NCBI GenBank assembly: GCA_964514975.1
Contig: CAZESS010000009.1
Span: 944-64,943, forward strand
DNA length: 64,000 bases
Reading direction: 5' to 3'
DNA from: an uncultured Thermoplasmatales archaeon
GTDB taxonomy: Archaea > Thermoplasmatota > E2 > UBA202 > DSCA01
In this document: positions 58,093 to 64,000 of the stretch, piece after piece
Position numbering within the stretch: position 1 is the first letter of the stretch
Layout of the letters: every line of letters begins with the position of its first letter
Position numbers and translations under genes: made by a program
The notes under the pieces: generated by a model
Database searches by the model: none
Told to the model about the DNA's origin: nothing
The model's input: the letters and a program-made list of their open reading frames with translations, nothing else

Positions 58093-59361
58093 GTGATGTC
58101 TATGGGGAGAGGAAGCTATCGCTCATCTGCCGGCGCATCGCCGGGCATCATTTTCCAGTCTCTCCGGTCGCTCCTCGGCGGTAAAGAAGTCCGGGAATCC
58201 CTTTTTTCACTGGTTTTTGCCACCTTCGGCAATTTACTCACCGGCACCATCCTCGGCATTTCGACATCCCAGCTCGAACTGCTGCCGGCGCTCATCGTGC
58301 TCATCCCGCCGGCCATCGGCATGCGGGGAAGCGTGTTCGCCTCGCTGGGTTCCCGTCTGGGCACATACCTGCACACCGGCCAGCTGTCCCCCGATTTTTC
58401 GGGCAGCCGGCTGCTCAGGCAAAACACGGGTGCATCCTTCATCCTCACCATCCTGATGAGCATATACCTGGGTCTGCTGGCCACCATCATCGCCGGCTTC
58501 CTGGGTCTCCAGGTCACGCTGCTCGACATGGTGCTCATCGCGCTGCTGGCCGGCGTGCTCTCCGCAGGGTGCATGCTTCTCTTCACCATTTTCATCGCGT
58601 TTTACAGCTACCGCCGGGGGCTCGACCCCGACAACGTCACCACTCCCTTCATCACGCTGGCCGGCGACGTCGTCACCCTCCCGCTGCTGTTCTTTGCCCT
58701 ATGGGCGGTCCTGCAGATGGATGAAACGGCGAAAATCGTGCTCGCGGCGGCGTTCGCCTTCCTTGCCGTGGCTGCCATCATCATCCCGTTTACCCGTCTC
58801 TCGAAACCGTACTGCCGGCGCATCCTGCTGGAAAGCGTTCCCATCCTGCTGGCCGCCGGCCTCCTCGGCACCATCTCGGGTTCGGTGCTCGGTGGCTCCT
58901 ATGAGGGGCTCATCGGCGTCGGCGGCGTCCTCATCATGATACCGGCGTTTCTCGAAGACGGCGGCGCCATCGGGGGTATCCTGGCGGCCAAGTTCTCGTC
59001 GGCCTTCCATCTCGGCTCGCTGGAATACACCCGGTTTCCTCCGGCCCGGGCCCGAAAACTGTTCGCCATCATGCACATCATCGGCCTGCCAGTGTTCGCC
59101 CTGCTCGGCGTCATGGCGTTTTTCATCAGCGGCGCCATCGGAACCACCTCGCCGTCCCTCCTCCTCATGGTGGGAGCGGCCATCCTTGCCGGTGAAATCC
59201 TCATCCTCGCCGTCAACTTCATCGCCTACTACGCCTCGATGGCCGCCTTCCGCCTGGGGTTCGACCCCGACAATGTCACCATCCCGATAATCACCGCTCT
59301 CATGGACAGCCTTGGCACCGGCACCCTCATCGGGGTGCTCCTCTTGCTCGGAACGCTGTAG
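58093..59361 (+). CDS. Membrane protein with tandem MgtE-type (SLC41-like) divalent-cation transporter domains, no CBS/N-terminal regulatory domain
   Basis: It has two repeats of the MgtE integral-membrane pattern ([22 protein letters not shown]... / [24 protein letters not shown]...) and about 10 TM helices. Confidence 0.5.
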   Translation: MMSMGRGSYRSSAGASPGIIFQSLRSLLGGKEVRESLFSLVFATFGNLLTGTILGISTSQLELLPALIVLIPPAIGMRGSVFASLGSRLGTYLHTGQLSPDFSGSRLLRQNTGASFILTILMSIYLGLLATIIAGFLGLQVTLLDMVLIALLAGVLSAGCMLLFTIFIAFYSYRRGLDPDNVTTPFITLAGDVVTLPLLFFALWAVLQMDETAKIVLAAAFAFLAVAAIIIPFTRLSKPYCRRILLESVPILLAAGLLGTISGSVLGGSYEGLIGVGGVLIMIPAFLEDGGAIGGILAAKFSSAFHLGSLEYTRFPPARARKLFAIMHIIGLPVFALLGVMAFFISGAIGTTSPSLLLMVGAAILAGEILILAVNFIAYYASMAAFRLGFDPDNVTIPIITALMDSLGTGTLIGVLLLLGTL

Positions 59362-60081
59362 CTATTCTTTTCCCAGCATGGAGCCCAAAAACGATTTCTT
59401 TTCGCCGCCATTCTGCTTCCGTTCAGGCTGCCGCACCTGGCGGGGCGCGGGGCGGGGTGACTGCCTAACCGTGGGCTGGTAATCCTGTATCTTGTCGAGC
59501 GCCTGCTCGATGCCGTCGACGCGGCTGACGGAATAATAGGAGGTCTGTACCTCTCCCTCCTCCCTGGAGGTGACCTTCAGAACGTATCCGCCGTCGGTCT
59601 CGTAGACGATGTCCCGGTCGATGACCGCGCCGGTGATGTCCTCCGGGCGTTCCCCCTGAAGGGTTTCCCTACCCGTGGGCTCCTCCACCGGTTCCTTCTC
59701 ATGCTCCAGCATGCCCTCGTCGATGTGTAGCTCTATCTCGTCGAGGCTCTCCGGGGCTGTTTTCTCCCAGTTTTTCTCGACGACCCGTTCCTCTGAATCG
59801 CCGAATGCGTCGGCCTCAGCCGCCTTTTTTTCCTCGTGGGAGAGATAAAACTGCGGCAGCGTGTACTCCTTTTTCTCGATGTCGGGCTGCACTGTCTCGC
59901 CCGCCTCGGACATCAGGACGCCCGAATAGGTGGTCTCAGCTGCCTCCACCTCGACGTTTCGCTCCTCGATCTCTCTGCCGATGTCCCAGAGCTCGTCGTC
60001 CTCCACCGTCTCCTCCTCGATTTCAACGTCGACCTCCTCGTCGGGTTCGATGAACCGCCTGATTATACGGGGTACATGCAT
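59362..60081 (-). CDS. Highly acidic hypothetical protein
   Basis: It is very D/E-rich (EVDVEIEEETVEDDELWDIGREIEERN) with no recognisable family. It is contiguous with the MgtE-like gene end. Confidence 0.35.
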   Translation of the reverse strand: MHVPRIIRRFIEPDEEVDVEIEEETVEDDELWDIGREIEERNVEVEAAETTYSGVLMSEAGETVQPDIEKKEYTLPQFYLSHEEKKAAEADAFGDSEERVVEKNWEKTAPESLDEIELHIDEGMLEHEKEPVEEPTGRETLQGERPEDITGAVIDRDIVYETDGGYVLKVTSREEGEVQTSYYSVSRVDGIEQALDKIQDYQPTVRQSPRPAPRQVRQPERKQNGGEKKSFLGSMLGKE

Positions 60082-60141
60082 CTCAGCACCAATATAGAGA
60101 AGGCGTCCCGCCTTATAATGTTTTTCGATGGCCGCCCCCGC

Positions 60142-60708
60142 TCATTTCCCGTCCAGCCGCCGGAGGACGCCGACCATATCGGCATGGACATCCCCGACCG
60201 GGCGGTCGGTGTCCACGACATGCCACCCCCTGACAAGGCGAAGCGCTTTTTCCCTGGTCTCCTGGAGCCCCTCGAGCGTCTCGAACATCTCCTGCTCCGG
60301 CCTGGTGCTCACCCGCGCCAGCGACACCTCGGGCGGTACGTCAAGGAAAAACATGTAGCGGGAGGTCGGCAGAAACGTGGCAAACAGCTTGTAGAGCACC
60401 CTCGCAAGGGGCAGCGGCAGATAGGCGACGCCCAGCAGATACCGCACCATGATAAGGGTGTCCGCCCGGCCATAAAACCGCCGGATGGAGCGGATGACGT
60501 CCCGGCCGTAGTAATAGGAGGCCTTCAGGTGATTTCGCTTTCCCCGTCCCAGCAGCGCCCGCTTTGCACGTCGTCCATAGCGGTTGTCGTCTGTGGGATG
60601 GGAGCGCACCAGCACAGCATCGCCCTGTTCCCCGTAATACTGCCGGATGAGCTCGGCATGGGTGTCCTTCCCGGCGCCGTCCAGCCCGTCGATGACGATG
60701 AACCGCAT
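60142..60708 (-). CDS. tmk: Thymidylate kinase family P-loop kinase
   Basis: The sequence is MRFIVIDGLDGAGKDTHAELI (G-L/I-D-G-A-G-K P-loop) over ~188 aa. The upstream 300 aa of the six-frame ORF is a Pro/Arg-rich shadow frame of the neighbouring gene. Confidence 0.55.
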   Translation of the reverse strand: MRFIVIDGLDGAGKDTHAELIRQYYGEQGDAVLVRSHPTDDNRYGRRAKRALLGRGKRNHLKASYYYGRDVIRSIRRFYGRADTLIMVRYLLGVAYLPLPLARVLYKLFATFLPTSRYMFFLDVPPEVSLARVSTRPEQEMFETLEGLQETREKALRLVRGWHVVDTDRPVGDVHADMVGVLRRLDGK

Positions 60709-60710
60709 GG

Positions 60711-61379
60711 TTACACCGCCAGGTAGTACAGCAGCGCCGCCGACAGCGACGTCGTCAGGTTGTCCAGTCCACGGGGCGTTAAAGCCTCCGCCAGCGCCGC
60801 CGCCGCTCCGACCAGGGGGAGCACCCACAGCGGTGGCAGCGCAACGTTTTGTACATGATGATAGAAGGCGAGCGCGACGCCGGCCATGATGATGGTTGTG
60901 ACGAGCATGGTGAACGAGCCGACCAGGCTTTTCCGGTCGCCGCTGATGTTGAAGGTGCGCTGCCCGTATTTGATGCCGATGAGCGATGCCATGCCGTCGC
61001 CGTAGGACATGGCGACGATGCCGATGGCTATCACCACGGGCTGCTCGAAAAACACCCATGCGAGGACGGTCCAGGAGATGGCATAGTAGACCAGACCGAG
61101 CCCGTGACCCGCCGCGGAGGTGCCCGACACGACGTGCAGCGGCGAATACGGGCTGAACAGGAAGGTGAGCAGGATGAAGGGCGCCGCCGCCACCAGCGAC
61201 ATCACCCATGCATGCTCGAACAGGGGCAGGAGAAAGAAGACGTTGCCGACCATGATGTGCAAGAACTTCCGGCTGACCAGCGGGTAGGCGTGGAGCACTT
61301 TTTCGGAGATAAAAAGGAGCACGGCAACGTAGCAATAGACGGCCAGCACGCCGACGACGTCCCCGGATAGCATGCACAC
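60711..61379 (-). CDS. CTP-dependent polyprenol kinase family membrane protein (dolichol/phytol kinase-like)
   Basis: It has 6 TM helices and the motif YGDGMASLIGIKYGQRTF...DRKSLVGS (GDGxAxxIGxxxG...K-S-x-x-G-S). Its stop is 2 nt before the tmk-like start. Confidence 0.55.
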   Translation of the reverse strand: MCMLSGDVVGVLAVYCYVAVLLFISEKVLHAYPLVSRKFLHIMVGNVFFLLPLFEHAWVMSLVAAAPFILLTFLFSPYSPLHVVSGTSAAGHGLGLVYYAISWTVLAWVFFEQPVVIAIGIVAMSYGDGMASLIGIKYGQRTFNISGDRKSLVGSFTMLVTTIIMAGVALAFYHHVQNVALPPLWVLPLVGAAAALAEALTPRGLDNLTTSLSAALLYYLAV

Positions 61380-61411
61380 AGTATAGCCGTTTGGTATATA
61401 ACGGATGCCAT

Positions 61412-62365
61412 TTACGGCGGGTATCCATGCAGCCGGCGGTATCGCTCTGTCCGGCGGTAGATGTAGCCGTCCAGCGTCTCGATGCGTGGCGCGGTGTCGG
61501 TGTCGCGCGGCTGGATATATCGCTCCGCGTCGAAGGAAGCATCGATGTCGAAATGGGCGAGAACGCGGCCGATGGTCTCCGACGGCTGACGGCAGAGCTC
61601 CTCGTAGGTGACGGACACGTAGTCCTCCCCGGCGAGCCGGCCGACATGCTCGACATAGTACCGGCTGTCCCGCGCCATCCGGTTGATGAGATACAGCAGC
61701 CCGACGGGAAGATAGCGGGAAAACGCCAGGCGGAACAGCCCCCGGGTCAGGGGATTGTCATAGGCCTCCCCGTATGTGCCGAACAGCAGCGCCAGGTAAT
61801 GGTTTTTCTGTCTGAAAATCTGCCGCATGCCACGTATCTGGGAGTTGAGCACGTCCACGGGATGCCGATGGATGAAGATAAACCGGGCGCCGGGGAACAG
61901 CTGCTTGATGCGCACGAAGTTCCCGAAGTCAAGCGGGTTTTTCAGTAAAACGGGGAGGTCGTTGTCCGCCAGGTAGGTGATTTTTTTGCAGAGCAGCCGC
62001 AGCCGGTCGCTGTTTTTTTCGCTGATTGTCCAGGGAAACCCGCGCTCGGGGAACATGAAGCTGTATTCCACGGGCTGATGCGGCCCCACCGTGAGCCGGT
62101 CGGCCTGCCGGGTGTCCAGGTCATATCTGTCAAAGTAGCCTGCTATCCGCTGTACCGCCGCCGTCTTCCCGCCGTTGAGATGCTGGTCGAGCAGCCGGTC
62201 ATGATACAGGACATGGTACAGCGATACCATGTTGAACCGGCCGGTTTTGTCCAGTATCCGGTAGAGAATCGTGGTGCCGGAGCGGGGAAACCCCAGGATG
62301 AACACGGGCCGGCAGGAGACGTCGGCCAGCCGCTGATGGTACCGTTCGTCGGGGGTCGCCGTCAC
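61412..62365 (-). CDS. Sulfotransferase family protein
   Basis: It has the PAPS 5'-phosphosulfate-binding motif (ILGFPRSGTTILYRIL) and sulfotransferase length. Confidence 0.6.
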   Translation of the reverse strand: MTATPDERYHQRLADVSCRPVFILGFPRSGTTILYRILDKTGRFNMVSLYHVLYHDRLLDQHLNGGKTAAVQRIAGYFDRYDLDTRQADRLTVGPHQPVEYSFMFPERGFPWTISEKNSDRLRLLCKKITYLADNDLPVLLKNPLDFGNFVRIKQLFPGARFIFIHRHPVDVLNSQIRGMRQIFRQKNHYLALLFGTYGEAYDNPLTRGLFRLAFSRYLPVGLLYLINRMARDSRYYVEHVGRLAGEDYVSVTYEELCRQPSETIGRVLAHFDIDASFDAERYIQPRDTDTAPRIETLDGYIYRRTERYRRLHGYPP

Positions 62366-62418
62366 GCTGGAACACCTGGCAGGTCTAACCTGTCAGACAT
62401 ATAATAATATGCCGCCCG

Positions 62419-62931
62419 TCACATGAACCGCTCGAATCGTTCCTTGCCGGCCTTGCATACCGGGCAGACGCCGGGTGGCTCCCCGCGGGCGCAGAGATAG
62501 CCGCAGACCTTGCACCGCCACACCGGCTGCGAGAGCTCGCCAATGCTGCCAACGATTCCTGTCTGCTCGCCCTTTTCTCGCTCCGCTTTGGGAGGCCGCC
62601 GCTCGGGTATCGACTGGACCTCCCGCTCGCCGTCGACCACCGGCCGTGAGACATACAGCCCGCAGTAGCAGTTGCCATATTCGTTGAGGTCTGCATCGCG
62701 ATAATCGCAGGGGCAGATGATGTCCAGGTCCGCCTCCCGGTCGTCGGCAGCGAGCCGGCAGGGGCAGGCGCCGTAGCCATATCGTTTCTCGTTGACCAGG
62801 ATGCCACGGATGAGCTGCCTCGTCATCTCCATGTCGGGGTTGAGATAGTAGCCGGCTGCCTCGGCCTCCCGGTCGAGTTTTTCGTAGCGCTCCTCGACTT
62901 CCTCGTCGGTGACCTCGACATCAGTCGGCAT
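62419..62931 (-). CDS. Ferredoxin:thioredoxin reductase catalytic-subunit-like protein fused to a C-terminal rubredoxin domain (FDR-like)
   Basis: It has the FTR catalytic Cys pattern (CPCR...[22 protein letters not shown]) and a C-terminal rubredoxin (CKVCGYLC...CPVCKAG). Confidence 0.6.
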   Translation of the reverse strand: MPTDVEVTDEEVEERYEKLDREAEAAGYYLNPDMEMTRQLIRGILVNEKRYGYGACPCRLAADDREADLDIICPCDYRDADLNEYGNCYCGLYVSRPVVDGEREVQSIPERRPPKAEREKGEQTGIVGSIGELSQPVWRCKVCGYLCARGEPPGVCPVCKAGKERFERFM

Positions 62932-63211
62932 GGTCGAGCGCCTCCTTTATGTCGTCCTCGCGGTAGCCCTGGAGGACCGTTCCGTTGATGACGATGGTCG
63001 GGAACCCGCCGGAGGGATTGTGCTGCTTCATCTGCTCGACCGCGCTGTCCTGCTCTTTGTCGCTCAATGTATCGACGTCGACGTAGCGGTATGCCACGCC
63101 GAGCTTATCGAGCAGGCGCTTGGTTCGCATGCAGAAGATGCAGGTGCTCAGCGCATACAGTTTCACGTCGCCCCTGTCCTCGCCGTCCACTTTGTTCATC
63201 CATTCACACAT
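62921..63211 (-). CDS. Glutaredoxin-like thiol-disulfide oxidoreductase (start uncertain)
   Basis: It has the CIFC active site ([20 protein letters not shown]) and a [10 protein letters not shown] thioredoxin-fold signature. It overlaps the FTR-like gene start by 11 nt. Confidence 0.55.
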   Translation of the reverse strand: MCEWMNKVDGEDRGDVKLYALSTCIFCMRTKRLLDKLGVAYRYVDVDTLSDKEQDSAVEQMKQHNPSGGFPTIVINGTVLQGYREDDIKEALDHAD

Positions 63212-63299
63212 CGGCTCACCTTCACGATTGATAAGACAGGGCGGTATTTTATCTTTGCGCATACACACCTCATTTATACCTCTGGCATGTTTACGGGCT

Positions 63300-63962
63300 A
63301 TGCCATGCACACCCGTGCTCCATGTGCAGGGCGGCGATGACATCCCCCTCGGCAAGATTATCTGTCTCGCCCGGACCTATGCACGGCATGCCATGGAGAT
63401 GGGCAGCCAGCCGGCCAGCGACATGGTCATGTTTCTCAAGCCCGCGAGCGCCGTTATCCACGACGGCGGCACCATCCAGATTCCTCACGCCGCGGATGAG
63501 GTCCATCACGAGGTCGAGATGGCCGTGGTCATCGGACGCCAGGGTGGCCATGTCGCTGCCGGTGATGCAGCCCGGCATGTACATGGCTATGCTGTCGCCG
63601 TCGACGTCACCGCCCGTGACCTGCAGCATGAGGCGAAACAGCAGGGGCTGCCATGGACAGCGGCGAAGGGCTACGACACGTTTTGCCCCATAAGCAGTGT
63701 TGTCCCTGTATCCCGGATAGCACATCCAGATGCGCTTGAGCTCTCGCTGTCGGTCAACGGCACGCTGCGGCAGTCATCCACGACTGCCAATCTGCTGTAT
63801 CCCGTGGAGGACATCGTCGCAACCGTCTCAGAGATCATGACGCTCTGCCCGGGCGACATCATTCTGACGGGTACGCCTGAGGGCGTCGGACCGTTGCACC
63901 CTGGCGATGTCGTCGAAGCGCGTCTCGATGGCTGCTGTCATCTCAGGGTCAACGTCGAATAA
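63300..63962 (+). CDS. Fumarylacetoacetate hydrolase (FAH) family hydratase/isomerase
   Basis: It has metal-binding E-x-E...D (HHEVEMAVVIG...AVDVTARD) and C-terminal PGDIILTGTPEGVG. Confidence 0.7.
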   Translation: MPCTPVLHVQGGDDIPLGKIICLARTYARHAMEMGSQPASDMVMFLKPASAVIHDGGTIQIPHAADEVHHEVEMAVVIGRQGGHVAAGDAARHVHGYAVAVDVTARDLQHEAKQQGLPWTAAKGYDTFCPISSVVPVSRIAHPDALELSLSVNGTLRQSSTTANLLYPVEDIVATVSEIMTLCPGDIILTGTPEGVGPLHPGDVVEARLDGCCHLRVNVE

Positions 63963-64000
63963 AAAAGGGAAAAAGAGGGGCGGCTACCGGTAGCCGCCGA

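Noticed and set aside
60709-61656. Treating 60142..61656 as a single 504-aa protein
   Set aside because: Only the C-terminal 188 aa (from MRFIVIDGLDGAGKDT) look like a real Tmk-family protein. The upstream part is a Pro/Arg-rich frame overlapping the well-formed polyprenol-kinase-like ORF 60711..61379 in another frame.

Overview
This is a 64 kb, GC-rich (about 60%), densely coding segment that is almost certainly archaeal. Evidence for an archaeon: an L44e / S27e / aIF2-alpha / Nop10 ribosomal cluster, a PAC2 proteasome-assembly chaperone, archaeal-type TyrRS, tRNA-Thr and tRNA-Asn genes without encoded CCA and with TATA boxes about 25-30 nt upstream, D-x-R-G class III (prepilin-like) signal peptides, and PGF-CTERM-like C-terminal anchors. 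The overall content resembles an anaerobic, protein- and glycan-degrading Thermoplasmatota-like euryarchaeon; that placement is tentative.

Content from start to end:
- 1-5.7 kb: two very large, heavily N-glycosylation-sequon-rich secreted proteins. One carries a gingipain-like (peptidase C25) domain. Both end in the same tandem pair of about 75-residue C-terminal domains.
- 5.8-14.3 kb: a tight, co-directional ten-gene operon. Eight products start with the same class III signal peptide motif (D-x-R-G, then a short linker and a hydrophobic helix). They include a 1011-aa giant and a 412-aa pilin-like protein of unknown fold. The operon also has a coiled-coil tail-anchored protein and a signal-peptide/C-terminal-anchor surface protein. 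No assembly ATPase or platform gene lies in the window. This is the main candidate for a previously undescribed type IV pilus-like surface filament system.
- 14.3-25 kb: tRNA-Thr, a BNR/Asp-box protein, a PKD/Y_Y_Y surface protein, an aminotransferase, a membrane FKBP-like protein, RecJ-like DHH nuclease, tRNA-Asn, patatin, nitroreductase, SatP acetate channel, thioredoxin and a DUF89 protein.
- 25.9-35.3 kb: a minus-strand redox operon with NuoE-like, NuoF-like (HydB/HndC-type) and NuoG-like subunits plus two tandem NfnAB/SudAB-like pairs and a small zinc-ribbon protein. It looks like a Bfu-type flavin-based electron-bifurcating NAD(P)H:ferredoxin oxidoreductase candidate with unusual composition.
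- 35.4-64 kb: a CARDB surface protein, HD hydrolase, permuted-papain C92 protein, tungsten aldehyde:ferredoxin oxidoreductase, a second C25-like peptidase, a MarR-MATE pair, TyrRS, a P-type ATPase, a stand-alone E2-catalytic-domain protein, a frameshifted lipoprotein glycoside hydrolase, PAC2, the ribosomal/Nop10 cluster, an ElbB homolog, translin, flavin reductase, GDH, a tandem MgtE-domain transporter, a Tmk-like / polyprenol-kinase / sulfotransferase trio, an FTR-rubredoxin fusion with glutaredoxin, and an FAH-family hydratase.

No CRISPR array, rRNA, transposase or integrase was detected. Many six-frame ORFs are antisense shadow ORFs of the GC-rich coding strand and were ignored.
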